From: Schizochytrium sp. TIO01
Taxonomy: Eukaryota > Protista > Bigyra: Labyrinthulomycetes
Length of the DNA stretch: 64,000 bases
Assembly (NCBI GenBank): GCA_004764695.1
Contig: SMSO01000005.1
Coordinates: 682,001-746,000 of the forward strand
Reading direction: 5' to 3'
The notes beneath the pieces are model-generated. The model did not search any database, was not told the origin of the DNA, and was given only the letters and a program-made list of their open reading frames with translations. How positions within the stretch are numbered: the stretch's first letter is position 1; each line of letters opens with the position of its first letter. Of this stretch, positions 47,402 to 60,536 are shown in pieces. The position numbers and the translations under genes are program-made.

Positions 47402-50400
47402 ATGCTGCGACGCAAAAGACTAAACCCGACGCCTCAGGAGGGCGCAACAAACGAGGTTGATAATAACAATGATGCCAAGGCGATAGGCAAAAACACTGAC
47501 GATAATGAAGAAGGAGGAGTCAGCAATGAAAGCTCGTCCGGCGAAAACGATAGCGAAGACGAAGATTCTTCCGAAGACGATAGCGACGACGACGACGACG
47601 ACGATGATGATGATGATGATGATAGTGATAGTGAAGGAAATCGCGACGAGCTCCCAGATGACCCAGAAGAAATGGAGCGCCTCGCTCGCGAGCAATGGGT
47701 CGAGCGAGGTTACGATCCTGCTGATTTCACTGTTGACAAAATGTATGAAATCTGGGCTCGTGAGGAAGAAGAAGGACTTGGGCGCGCGAGAGCCTCCAAT
47801 AATCTACAGCGAAAGATGGAGCTGCTTCGTATGAATGATGAAGCAAAAGTAGTGAACACTAAGGAGCTAAAGGATTTGGCCAGAGCCAAAGCAGAGATTC
47901 TAAAGAAGCAGGCCAAGTCATTAGCGATGGACGCGAAAGACAGGGTGACGCCTGCATTTGTTAAACGGCATCTCATGTTACGAAAGTATGAGCAAAATGT
48001 TCGCAACCGAATTCAAAAAGCACAACGCATGCATGATAAACGTCTTAAAGTAAAGCAGGAAAAACGAGAGGCGCGAGTTCGCGAGCTTGAAGAACAAGAA
48101 CTTTTGAGAGAACGTGTGCAACGCCAGGAACAATTTAAAGTACACCTTCGAGAGCAAAAAGAAAAAGCCCGACTTGCTGATCGCAAACGTGTCTCCAAGC
48201 TTATTTTAGAGCGTCGAGAAAAAGAACGAGCTGAGCGTGAAGCAGATGAGCTGAAAGCACGTGCCGAGCAGGAAGCACGTGAGCACCAAAGAAAACGTAA
48301 TCGTCGTCGACGTGATATCCAAAGTTGGCTTGCCACTCATAAAGAGGGGAAAGCTGAAGCCATAAAGCTAAAGGCCAACCAAGAACGCATATTGCTTGAA
48401 CAAAAGACGTTGGTCAATGAAAAATTCGAACGAGAGACCCACTATCATCAGGTTCGAGAAGATGCAGAAGCGAATGGCCTTCCAAATCTTGCTCCGGGCA
48501 TTCCTGGAGTGTTCATGAAGCCTATTGGTGCAAAAACAGGCGCACCATTTGGAACTCATTCAGTCGATAGGCCTGCTTTTGTCCAATATGATCCTGAATT
48601 AGACGCACAAACAGTAGAGCCACCATTCTCAAGCTCTGATATTTCCCTTGATGTGCCCTTATTAGAAATTCGTGTGATGGAGGCGGAGTCCGAAGCAGCA
48701 AAGTACTTAAGTGAATGTGGCACTAGGAAGTCAGCAGTAGAACGAAATGAAGCTGCGCAGAAACACCTCAGTGAGCAAATTGCACGACTTGAAGCAGACA
48801 TCCGTCTCGTGGAAGAGGAGCAAGGCAACTTTAATGCCTCTCTTATTAAACCGCCAAGGCGCGAACCCAATCAAAGTGAGATGGACAGAATGAATACGCT
48901 CACTATACAAAAATTTAATTTGAAAAGCAAACTTGAGGAAGAACTGAAGCCGCAATATCAACGAGTGTGTCGGCAACATCAGCAACTGATGTCTGACTCT
49001 TTCCAAGCACAAGAAAGGAGTAGTATGCTTGCTGAAGATGCCCATGCATGGAGACTTCTCCTGGATGAGAGACTCAATACACAGCCTGAGCTTCCAGTTG
49101 TTATAGGTCGTGCGTTGAATAAGGTCGAACAGGTCAAAGACCAGCCTGCAGCAGACCCTATGAAATCCTTTCATGGAGTAGTGCAAAAAACACGTGCAGA
49201 GCTTTTAAGGCACGCTGCGTTAGAATTGGCAAAACATCAGCATGATCTCACACGCATTGCACAGAGAAAGCATGCAGCACATGAAGAAACTATTTATTCA
49301 AAGGCAGAGCTTGAACTAGCAAAATCAAGGCTTGCTCTTGCTCAAGATCGTATACAGAAGCATCAGGAGTCCAAAAAACGATTTGACCTTATCATGGCGA
49401 TTGAGACATTTTTTCAGAAGGGAGGACTTAGTAATTTGGCAAAAGTAAACCATGAATTTAGTGGAGTTCTAGATTGGTGGCAAGGACATCAACCAGAGGG
49501 CACTCAAAATGTTGAACTTGTGGAAGATACCAGCTTCAATGAAGAATTGGACAATGATTCGCATCAGCGTAGTGGGGTAATGTCTGGTACAGAAGATAAA
49601 TATGGAACTATCGAAGGTATAATTCAACTCCCAAAGCACAAATTGTATCGCGTCACTTTAACAATCATACGCTTCGTCCGTCCTGAATTCATTGGCCAAA
49701 CTCGCATGGATGCTACAGATCATATAAACATTCGATTAGGTCCTTCATTACAGCAGCTCAACCTTGTTGGGAAATTCTCTAACCTTCCTGGTCTTCATCA
49801 AAACAATGGTGATTCAGTTAAGCATGTCGCAACTACTCTAATCGCAGGGTCACACGTGGCATATAAGTTTGACTTCCGTAACTCTTCGTCTCAGTGTGTT
49901 CTCAAAGTACAAAATGGGTGGTTCGAATTGGAAAAGGGCGAAGGTCAGACCTATGGAAATGTAGAAGCCAAACAAATACTCTCAGACTTTGTCCGTCAAA
50001 TCCGCATTGAACGGTTTCAAGGGAAGGATCGAATAAATTTTCTATTAGAAGAACTAATTCGCGCCCGAGAGTCTTCTCTTTCGCATTGGGATTCAGCAAT
50101 TTTTCAAGGTACCATGCAACGATTTGAAAGGTCACACTTCTTGCGTATGCTCGAAGAGACGCTCAATAATGAAATCGAAACACGGAAAACACAAGACCTG
50201 CGGAGAAAAGCGCAGCGTGATGCTTTACTCAAGCTGCACGAAGCTGAGGAGCTTAAAGATGAAAAGCACGGGCCTAAGGCGCTAGTCCGTCGACATGCAG
50301 GCAGAAATAATAACACTGATTATTTAGAAACTAAAACACCCGTATCTCCCCCCTCAGCATCAGAGAATATTGCTGACAGCAAGCCTTCAGAGAAACTCGC

Positions 50401-53400
50401 GTCTAAAAGGTTCAGTTTAGCACGTGCACAGTTTCAAGAGCTATTGAAGCGCCGCACTCAAAACAAGCGCCACCTTGAAGCTATGAAGAAAGAGGCAGAG
50501 CTAGACGAGAAGATGATTTTGGCAAAAGAACGCTATATCAATCGTAAGCGTCGAGGCATGGATGGCGCTTCTGCAATGGAAGCTGGGCAGCGCTTATTAG
50601 GTCGAAAGCTTGAAATTTATTTTCCAGACATGTTGCGCTGGCGTGTGGCAAAAGTCGTTGATATGAAAGCTACCTGGGCTGATCAGAATACCCGACTTCA
50701 GATCATACACAAGGTTGAATACTCAGATGAACCATCAGAAAATGAGAGTTGGGAAGATATTCTCTCGCGTCGTTTTGTGGAGCTGAAAGTAGACGTTGGA
50801 GATGTAGAAGCAAGGCGTAAATTTTTAGAGAAGGCATATTTAGAACAGCAGCAGGCTGAGAGAGAAGCCCGAAACCAACGTTTATATGAAGAGCAAGAAG
50901 AAAAAAGGGTAATCAAACTTCCAGGCTAGTCAACAAAAAGAGGAGCTTCTTACCCAAGCAACTGCGGAGATAGCTGCAGCACGTGACCGGATCAAAAACG
51001 AAAGTATTTTCGCGATCAACACAAGTGAACACATAGGAAATTTGGTTTCTCAAAATGCCTCTCGGATTCGGGATGATCTTCTTAAAACAGCACAAGCTGA
51101 GCTGGGGAAACAAGCAATGAGTCGCCAAATGAAGAATAAAATATTTGACACAGCTCAAAGCGAAGCTGAAAAGGCATTTGCTGAAAAGGCAATGAAGACC
51201 GCAGAGATTGATATCCGTGAAAAGTGGCAGCATGCCCTGAAAACGCTTAAGCAAAAGCACGCAGATATCGAGGATGCCTTTGAGTTGAAAATAAAGACTA
51301 GAAGAGAGGAAGAAGCAAATGAGCTACTCAATAAGCGCGCTGTCGGACAAGCAGCACGAAAACGACAGCGTTCGGAGTTAGGCAAGCTTCTTGCTGTTGT
51401 TGATATTGATCGGGCTCTTCCACCTATCGTACGCTGCGAGCACCGCCGTGTACGCTACTGGGGAACGCAATATAAGAACGGAATTCGTTGTCTTCGATGT
51501 AATGCAGAAATCTTAAAGTCACACCTTAATGTTTCTCAGGCATGGGAAGGTGGGGTGGATCTTGGCGCTGCAATCTCACTTCATCGTCGCTCTGAAACTA
51601 GATTCATTGCTGCATCTGTGGACCAGGAACTGGCCATTATGAAAGAAAGATTACGTGTAGAGAAGGAGGATCGTGCAATTTTTCTTGCTACTTGTGAAGT
51701 TCCTGGTGCACAACTTGCCATGAACTTAGAAAAATTTAACGCACGACATCTACTACATCAACAAGAAGAAGGAGCTTTAGGGACATTAACCGTACCATGG
51801 AGCGACCCAACCCCTTTGAAGACATTTTATACTCAGAGAAGGGCGCTAAGATCGGACTATATCAATCACTTCGCTCGCGTACGCAATTTCAAGAGCAAAA
51901 TTTTGGACCTTCAGAGAACGCGCGAGGCTCTCCTTCGTGAACGTCGAGAGACCTCCAAAGCGTTGGAAAATGCACATTTAGACAATTTCAGTATCGAGAA
52001 GCATACTTTACAACTCGAAGAAGAGTACCATCGGGCTCAATTGCTCCTTAAAGAGCGTAAAGAAGCTATGAAGCGGACCGAAGAGCTCGAATCTAAACTT
52101 GAAGAAACCTTAGAGAAACGAATCCAGACTGAGCTCGCCTATGATGCAGCAAGTCGTGACCTTTTCAAAGCAGAAACTAACCTTGAAGTTCGGGCAGAGG
52201 AATCACGAGGTGCACTTTTAATGAGCAAAAAGATGCAAGACGAAGCCGTTCAAGCAGAGACTATGCTCACAAAACATAAAAAAGATTTAGACCTGGCGAA
52301 TAGAAGTCTTACAAAAGCTGCTGAAATACTTCACACTGTAAGATGGCAGCAGCGCGGAATGCCTGTACTCTGGTCTCCCTGGGCTAAAAAGCTTGGAATG
52401 GCAGTGATTATGTTTTGCCGACCTGCCAACCAAGAGAAGAAGCCTGGTTCAGTTGACATGGTGAAAATAAGACTCAAGTGTGGTAAGAGTCAACTCATCT
52501 TTTTGCATACGCCTCTTCAGCCCATTATTGAAGAAGAACTTTGTCGCGAAGCAAGGGAGAGACCACTTATGGAGGAAGAGGATGTACGTTCGGCCGAGTA
52601 TCAGCTTGAAGAAGAGAAATTTCGCCAGTCAAATCTTGAACAAATGCGGAAAGAGGAAAGCATTCAACGAGAAGTTGAGCGTCAAGTTTTTCGCGAGCTC
52701 GAGGAGGAACGTTCAGTCGAGGAAGCGCGGGGTGAAGCCATGCTCAATGCTCTTCATGTTCTTGAATTAAAATGGAAACGAGCCCAGCTTAAACGTTTAG
52801 CTCGCGAACACGTAGACAAAGAGCATCTTGCGCTGGTTGAAGCTCTTGCTAAATATGATATCGAGGGACCAACAAAGACGCAACCAAGAGCCCCAGAACC
52901 ATATTCTAAATCAAAGCGGCGTAACCTTCGTCGTCAAATTTTCCTTGAAATGTGCTCAACTTTTCAAGATGAGCAAGCGGATCTTGCAGAGGCGGAAGTT
53001 CGTGTGCGTTTCAAAGCCATCCGTGGTGTTGAAGATCAAGAAACTGCACTGAACTCCATTTTAGAGGAGATGATAGCAAAAGAGACTAAAGCCATTGCGG
53101 AGGCCTACTTTGCTAGCTCCCTTGATACGGCTCAGCGCCGTATGGATGAATCCAATGTATATATGCTAGCTCAGCAACCAAATTCAATTTCGTTAGCAAA
53201 AGGAAAAGGATCGAAATCAAGAAAAGATCATAGAAGCTCCTCCGTAGGAATTCATTTTGAGGTGTATCGCGACTTATCGCGCTTGCGTCGCTCACGGCGT
53301 ATTGAGTTGGAACGCCTCTTAGCGCACTGGGCACATCACAATGAACTCGATAAAGCGCGTGCTGCTGCTCAGAAAGCTTGGGAGGCTCGGGCAGAGGAAC

Positions 53401-55169
53401 GGGAGCGTGAGGAAGCAGAGAATGATCTTATGGAGATGGAAGATTTAGCACTGCATCAATTTTATCTTGCAGAACGGCAAGCATACCTTGCTGAGCGCTG
53501 GGCAATGGCCGAGGAAGAGCAAAGCATGCGCGCATTTTTACAGGAGGAAGCGATGAAGGCTATGAAATCTAAATATGATGTTGTTGGTCTTGAACCCGAG
53601 GAGAAAACCCAGAAACAACTACGACGGGATGAAATTAAAAAAATCGTAGCTGACAGACAACGTGCGAAAAGGGAGCAGAATCAAATGATTGAAGAAGATG
53701 AGCTTGGTCACCATATGCGCCTTGAGTATAATCGTCAGATGCAAAAGCTTCTTTTGCAGCACGAAATGGGTCTCTCCGGAGAGCAACATGATATTCAAGC
53801 ATCTGGTCTTGATGAAGCATCCCGTGCACTAGCAGCAGCTATGGCACGGGCTCACCAACGTGAGATTGAAAAACAACGTCGCAAGCTTGAAGAGGAGGAG
53901 AGGAAATATGCTCGACGTGTGAATCAAGCATTTTTGGAGAAAGTCAAAGTTGAGCTCCTTGTTTTGAAGCTCGAAGATGAGGTTGCGCGTTGGCAAGTTC
54001 TGCATCAACGGAGGAAGGTCCTTTCGGTTCGGGCAGGGGTTTTCATGCATAATAAGGTTGATGTGGAGAGGAAACTTCGTCGAGAAGTCGAAAATCAAAG
54101 GGCAGTAACTCAGGAGGCTCGAGCTGCTGCAGAAATGACACAGACTCAAGTCGATGACACACGGCCAACCATACGTCAAGCTCAGCGTGACCGAGTTGCT
54201 ATTTTACGTGATACAGAATATGTGAATTCAAATGTGATGCACAACAATATGAATCGCTTCAAGACTCAAGATTTATACAATCAACTTCACTACCAGTTTT
54301 TCTATATGCTCAGTGTTCAAATCGCAAACGCAGCTGAGGTAGTAAGTTTGGAAAGAAGCGCTAGGAAAAACGTGGAAGCTCTTCAAATGATCTCACTAGA
54401 AATTAGTGCCAAAAGAGCTGATTTAAACCGTATTGAGTTAAGTTGGAGAAGAAAAGAATGGCTTCGGTTACGGAGGTCGCAGCTTTCTACTTTATTCTTC
54501 AGTAAGTCGAGACGCAAGGCTTTGGAAAAGTCATTTCACGGCTGGAGTGAGCTTGCTACATGGCAGAAGCGAACCAGACATTCTTTTGAAGTGCGTATGG
54601 GGCTACAAAAATACTCTACCGCTCTTGACAACACTTTCCAACAAACGACCCTAGAAGCCACACGGAATGTGTCTAAACCTGAAACTCAAACAATTATGCG
54701 ACGCCACCAGAATCGTAAAGTGCGCTGCCGTCACTGCCGGCAAGAGTACCTTGAATCTGGGAACCATGCCCAAGCGTGTACTTATCACCCGGGGATTTAT
54801 GAATTGGCCTGTCCTCGGAGCTGTCTTGTGAACAAAAACGTAGGTAAGCAGACTGGAGGCCTTGACACCAGATGTGCTGCGCACTATCGACGACGCTGGA
54901 CATGCTGTGATAAGACAAAGGTAGTACCCTTTGGGGCAGATGGTTGCCAACAACGGTGGCATATTCCTGAAAGCCCGGATCCAACATATGAAAAGCTAGT
55001 TCGTGATGCGACGCTAGGAAAAGACCGCAATGACGGGATCATTCAACGCGCTGAAGATAAAGTTCAAGCGTGGAAAACGTTAGCCAAAAAGGAGCGTCTG
55101 CGCGACCTTGATGACATTCGAGCTCGATTAGCTCGTGACCGTGAAACTGCCGCTCAGTACGACTCGTAG
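47402..55169 (+). CDS. Very large coiled-coil protein (~2,590 aa if one extra base at ~50915 is removed) with Tudor-like domain and C-terminal CHORD/Btk-like Zn finger
   Basis: ORFs 47402-50929 and 51042-55169; the second frame is open from 50913 and so overlaps the first. E/R/K/Q-rich heptads throughout. LLGRKLEIYFP...HKVEYSD is Tudor-like; CRHC...CTYHPG...WTCC...GC...H is the Zn finger. Confidence 0.75.
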
Positions 55170-56171
55170 CTTAGATTATGCGTCCTTTGCTACTATCCAT
55201 CTACTTAAGAATAACACAGCATGCATTGATACCACCATCATTGTTTCGTACTTTGCGGTAACTCACACTCTTGCAATTAAAATAGTTCTGAAAGGACACT
55301 ATTGTGTCGAAGCTAAAACAGGACCCCACTAGACAATTTATATCTCAGCGTCAATCTAATTGAGGCTAGACGAATTATTGTGAGGAAGAGCAAATATTCT
55401 TCTGTATCTTCTTTAGTTTTTGTTGCTGTAATTTTAATTTTTCAGCTTATAAATTATCACCAAAAAGCTCAATAGCTCCCCATTCTCTAAAATCTCATCA
55501 ACAGAGATTCTTCAAAACTTTCATTAGTTTTCATGGGTGAGATTTTGTAGTGAAGATTGTGAAGTTTGGAACATTTTCCTGTTGTTCGCGGAGCTCCTAT
55601 CGCTGTAAACAACTGTGCATTACGATACATGGCAAACCCTGCTTGTATATGTTATTCTTATTTTGGTTGAGGCTAGGTTGATGTTGATGCTATTGCTATT
55701 GCTGAAGCAAATGCAACTTACACGTTGCAGCCTTTGCAACGTTAGTAGGTTTAACACAACACTTCCTACTGAACGCAAAACTGCAACCAAGTCATCGTAA
55801 AGTTGTACCATTGAGCAATTTGGCTGATGGAAGTAGCTTTGGTTCATGTTTATTTTACAAATGAATTTTATAACATCAACTCACTCGGTTAGAGAGTGTT
55901 GCTTTTTCTCTTGAATGATATGCTTTGACATAATTTCTTACCCACGTAAAAGAGTTGATAGGAAGAGTGAGAGACCTGGGTAACGCATGTGTTAAAAGAA
56001 CTACTAGTTTGGGCTAAGTACTCATTGCCTACCTACCTAGTAGGTACTATAACAACATCTACCCTCTACCCTACTACTGAGTAGGTAAAGTCATCAGGAG
56101 CAAGAAAGAGCACAAGCAAAATCAACTATACGCTGCTTCTTAGGGAAGTAAACAATCAATCTACTGAGCAA

Positions 56172-57134
56172 ATGGTCGATCATCTTGAAAAGGTTGCATG
56201 TAGCAATGACAAACACGAGCGAGGTCCTGTCAAGTCGATCTTAGAGACTGTGGATGGAGAGATTGCAACTGTTCGTCTTGCCAGAGATACTGAGCAAGAG
56301 GCAAATCAGCACGCTGCTGGAGCTCACCTCAGCGAAACTTCAAAGAATACTTCACATGTAACCCTCACATTTGCACAAAGTCTGGATGGAAGCATATCTC
56401 GCATTAAAGGCGAGCCTGTGGCTATCAGCAGTCCCGAAAGCTTTGCTTTTACTCATGCTTTGCGAGCAAGGCACTCAGCCATCGTTGTTGGAATTGGCAC
56501 CATGCTCGCCGACAACCCATCATTAACAACAAGGCACGTCGATGGGGAGGACCCAGATCCAGTGATAATTGATGCTAATCTTCAAACCCCTTTGAGTTGT
56601 AAACTTTTTACTGATCCACGATGCCGGAAGAGACCACTTCTTATAGCTTTACAAAAAAATCAAACAGCAAGTGAATCATCGGAAGATCAAAGTATGAGTC
56701 TTAACACTCACTCTCAGGGCGAAGTAACTAGTAGCCAATATACAGCCTCATGCAAGACAACATTCGAAACACGAGCAGCTGCATTACGTGCACTGGGAGC
56801 TGAAATCGTGTTTTGCGAGGCTGATTCTACTAATCCTGGACGTGTTTCTCTAGAGGGAGCTCTGAGAATTCTACGGCAACGATTTGATAGTATTATGATA
56901 GAAGGTGGAGCTGGGATTATTACAGGGATTCTAACTAATGAGACCTGCGTGGCCCAGGTGGACCGCGTTATTCTAACAATTGCACCTGCGTTCTTCGGGG
57001 GGTACAATTACATGCAGCAACTTGCATCGGAAAGAGTGAGCCGCGCGTGGAAACCCGATTTAGTTGAAACAGCCGGAGGGGACATTGTCCTCAGCCTTGC
57101 TCCTAGCAGCTCAGGCCAGCTTACGAGCAGCTGA
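56172..57134 (+). CDS. RibD C-terminal/RIB7-type pyrimidine reductase (riboflavin biosynthesis)
   Basis: VTLTFAQSLDGSI, THALRARHSAIVVGIGTMLADNPSLTTR, PVIIDANL, SIMIEGGAGII, ILTIAPAFFGG. Confidence 0.92.
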   Translation: MVDHLEKVACSNDKHERGPVKSILETVDGEIATVRLARDTEQEANQHAAGAHLSETSKNTSHVTLTFAQSLDGSISRIKGEPVAISSPESFAFTHALRARHSAIVVGIGTMLADNPSLTTRHVDGEDPDPVIIDANLQTPLSCKLFTDPRCRKRPLLIALQKNQTASESSEDQSMSLNTHSQGEVTSSQYTASCKTTFETRAAALRALGAEIVFCEADSTNPGRVSLEGALRILRQRFDSIMIEGGAGIITGILTNETCVAQVDRVILTIAPAFFGGYNYMQQLASERVSRAWKPDLVETAGGDIVLSLAPSSSGQLTSS

Positions 57135-59492
57135 CTCTGCGGTTCGGGTTGATTCAGCGAGAATTGTCAGGACATCTGGGAGAAGTGCGCAAACCACCAT
57201 ACGCGGAGGACTGTGGCTCTTATGAGTTGCTGGGAAATATCTCATAAATTGGTCATCTGCCTTTAGGCGAAGTGCCAGCGGATCGACGAGAAGGGCTGCC
57301 GACTCTGCAATGTCTGGAGTAAGCTTATCGCTCAAGAGCTTGCGGGCAGCTTCCGAAGTCAAAGTCTTTTCCGACACAATCTGCTCGAATCTTTCGGGCA
57401 TTGTAATGATTGCATAATTAGATAAAGGATTAATCTCATCTATCACATTTGCTTGCATCGAAAGAAACTGTCTGTCTTCTTGTGACAGTTGCGGCACAGC
57501 ATCGAGCTCAACTAAGCAATCGCTAAGCTCAAGATGCTGAAGTGCCTGGAAGAGCATTGTCTGAACACGAGGGGGGAGCTCTGTGCGAGCAAATGTAAGC
57601 TGTTGAGAAGGTCCAGACTGGTTATCAAGGACAAAGCAAACAATAACATCAGCCTCACTTACAGTCTCCGAATTGGTAGCTGCAACAGATTTGCCGGTTG
57701 GGCTGCCCACAGAGACTGCAACGAGCGCCCCAGGGATGAGATCTTGCACAAGGCGTGCAATGTGAAGATGAATGGCTTGAACAATGCGCGACTCCTTCGT
57801 TGCGCGACGAAGCAACTTAACAGTGTTACGAGATTCATCAAGTTCCGTTTTTTGGTATGTCAAATCTGCTTCCATAATAAGGTTATCAAAGCGGAAAGTT
57901 GTATCATCTTGCAATGCAGGCTGGCCCCAATTCGAAGCACGCTCTGAAAGATCATCTACAAGATCACGCAGCACAGACACAAAAGTGGTGGCAGAGTTGC
58001 CAAACTGAAGCTCACCAGGGGCAGAAAACGCAAGACTCGAAAGCTCCTCGCAGGCGTTCACCAAGTGGCTCCATGCGGCATGGTCATGAATCGATGCACT
58101 CGGCAGGCGCAATCGACGGTACTGCTCACGGCGCACACTTAGATGAAGCTGCACAATTGCAGCTACTGGTGCGCCCGAGGCATCGGTGGTTGTGCGTTCT
58201 GAAGGGAGCTCCGAGGTGTTTACCAAAGACTCAGGCCAGAGGCGTGTTGCAGCTTGATGAGCAGCAAATACCTTCTTACTGAGTTTGTGACCCTCCACCA
58301 AGTTGTCAAGTTCGGCCATGCTTATGCATACTCGTAGGAGGACTTTGGCGGCAAGAAGTTCATCTGCAACGCTAGCAAAGTGACTCAGGTATGAGCGGGC
58401 TGCGAGAACTTGAGGATCGCTCTCATCTGCCTCTTTTAATGCGAGAGAAAGATTGATAAATTCATGAATCATTTGAGAGGCAGGAAGTTGCACAAGATTT
58501 TCGACAGCAGGTCCTAGTTTACGGACAAGTGCGGGGCTCTGCAAAACAACTGCGCGGAGTTCGTACGCCATTCGAGGTACAACTACGCGTTCTAGCCCGG
58601 ACTCATGAGTGCTTAGAAGCTTGCGATGCAGTCCGAAAAGACGACCATAGGCGGAGGGTGGAATCGGCGAGCGCTTGTTGCTTTCCTCGGCCTCTTCAGC
58701 AAGTTTTCTACCGCCCTCGCGAAGGAATGAAAGGTCCTTCTCGGTTACGCGTTGAGATCCCGATTTCTCTAAAGCAGTCAACTTCTCATCGAGTGAGCGC
58801 AGAGATTGTTGCATACCATAGGCGTGCGAGACCTGTTCGTCTTCAAGCAGCTGTTTCACTGCGACCAAGGCTTGATGCAGCTGTGAAGAGAGAGAAGGGG
58901 CATGCGCAGACCCTGAGCTAGATCCGCTAGTAGCCGGGCTTGTTGATTCATCCTGGTTGCTAGCTCTGCCTGCAGACATGACAGCGCTCAAGCTCTTAAG
59001 TTGGCTCGCGAGCTGGACGCGCTCCTCTTCGCCTTTGCCCTCCAGGATCTTCTTGGGGGCACCTTTGCCATCCAGGGTCTCGCCAGATTGTTTGGAGCTG
59101 TCACCCTTGGTCCTAGTCTTGCTCTGGCCCTGCGTAGACTTCGAAATATCCGCCTTTCCGTCGCTATCTTTGCTATGGTGGTCTGAAAGAAGTCTTAACC
59201 CCGCCTCACTAAGTTTGGGGAGACCTCTCTGACCTGAAGGAGATACCGATGCCAATGTAACCAAGGCCGCCACAAGGAAGAGAACGCTAATGCCAACAGT
59301 AACAGACTTGGACCCAGGTTTGTCACCATCGGCAGTAGAAGAGGAGGAGGGGAAGGGGCGCAGACCTCTTAGAAGAGCACCTGTGGTACGAGAGAGCCAA
59401 GGCAGAAACCCGGGAGGTGGGTCTCTGCGGTAGAGCTGACCTGCGAAGACGAAAAGTTCGCCATCCTCAGGACCAGGACCAAAAAGACCCAT
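57111..59492 (-). CDS. Uncharacterised protein (~793 aa) with one N-terminal TM segment and coiled-coil
   Basis: Long ORF; first ATG is MGLFGPG at 59492; hydrophobic VTVGISVLFLVAALVTLASV. No family recognised. Confidence 0.7.
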   Translation of the reverse strand: MGLFGPGPEDGELFVFAGQLYRRDPPPGFLPWLSRTTGALLRGLRPFPSSSSTADGDKPGSKSVTVGISVLFLVAALVTLASVSPSGQRGLPKLSEAGLRLLSDHHSKDSDGKADISKSTQGQSKTRTKGDSSKQSGETLDGKGAPKKILEGKGEEERVQLASQLKSLSAVMSAGRASNQDESTSPATSGSSSGSAHAPSLSSQLHQALVAVKQLLEDEQVSHAYGMQQSLRSLDEKLTALEKSGSQRVTEKDLSFLREGGRKLAEEAEESNKRSPIPPSAYGRLFGLHRKLLSTHESGLERVVVPRMAYELRAVVLQSPALVRKLGPAVENLVQLPASQMIHEFINLSLALKEADESDPQVLAARSYLSHFASVADELLAAKVLLRVCISMAELDNLVEGHKLSKKVFAAHQAATRLWPESLVNTSELPSERTTTDASGAPVAAIVQLHLSVRREQYRRLRLPSASIHDHAAWSHLVNACEELSSLAFSAPGELQFGNSATTFVSVLRDLVDDLSERASNWGQPALQDDTTFRFDNLIMEADLTYQKTELDESRNTVKLLRRATKESRIVQAIHLHIARLVQDLIPGALVAVSVGSPTGKSVAATNSETVSEADVIVCFVLDNQSGPSQQLTFARTELPPRVQTMLFQALQHLELSDCLVELDAVPQLSQEDRQFLSMQANVIDEINPLSNYAIITMPERFEQIVSEKTLTSEAARKLLSDKLTPDIAESAALLVDPLALRLKADDQFMRYFPATHKSHSPPRMVVCALLPDVLTILAESTRTAESAARKLA

Positions 59493-60500
59493 GGTACTAC
59501 AAACTGAAGACAATGAAGCAGGGAAAGAGACGACCTCAGTGAGATTAAACAAAGGTTCGGGGATGGGGAGCAATACCGAGTTGAAACGACGGGATCTGAG
59601 TGGATTGACCTGACACGGCAATTAGGTCGAGACTGAACTGAGATAGAGAAGGGAAAAGAGCTCGAGAGGTAGAAGAGGTGAAGACAACTCGTATCTGCCA
59701 GACGAGGTCCTTTGTTGCGTAGGTAACAATGATCGAATAGGTAAAAAGTACGTCGCAAGATATCCACAGGAAGATAGAGGCCCAAAGAATACCCACGGAC
59801 AGCGAGAAAGAAGTAGGGTAAAAGTAGCGAGACCTTTTCGCTTAAATACTGTCGAACTCTAACCCCTTCTTTTCCAAGCACTTGAGGGTTGTACGAAAGA
59901 GGCTAACCCGCCAAAACAGATGACAAGTAGAAAGGATAGGTACTCAGCAACAACGCAAATTGCAGCTTTCCAGCAAACTAAGCGAAAATAGCTAAACTAG
60001 TATCTAACTATCCTCTTTCACACAGTTGAACACAGGGAGGAACGAAGAAGACAAGAGAAGGAGAGGAGTGCGTGAGTGCTACCACACGCGCTCCTCGTTC
60101 TACCTTGCTCACAGAGGGTTCTCGCTTTCAATGAATGTATGTGCGTCTCCTTCTGTCCTTCATGCGACAGACATTGGAGGCTTTGCATTGCTTGTATTAT
60201 GTAGTCCTATTACTAAAAGTTCAACTAGCAGGACGCTTTCTATCTATTTCATAGAAAACTTCTGAAGGTATAGCCTGGGTATGATAGGCCTGTATCTAAC
60301 TACTACCTAGACCTAGACAGTCTTTACTTAGTATACTAGCCTATTTGCATTAGGTAGAGAGGTTAGGGATAGTGCTGGATACTAGCAAATGCAATAGGTA
60401 TATATACCACTACCTACTACCAGGGTTGTGATAACTATGCTGTTCGCGTGTGATCTTTGTTGAAGTGGTTTTGGATCCATCTATACTTCCTAGTTGGTGT

Positions 60501-60536
60501 GTAGGTAGGTAGGTAGGTAGGTAAGTAGGTGGGTAG
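60501..60536. repeat. (TAGG)n microsatellite
   Basis: gtaggtaggtaggtaggtaggtaagtaggtgggtag. Confidence 0.85.
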
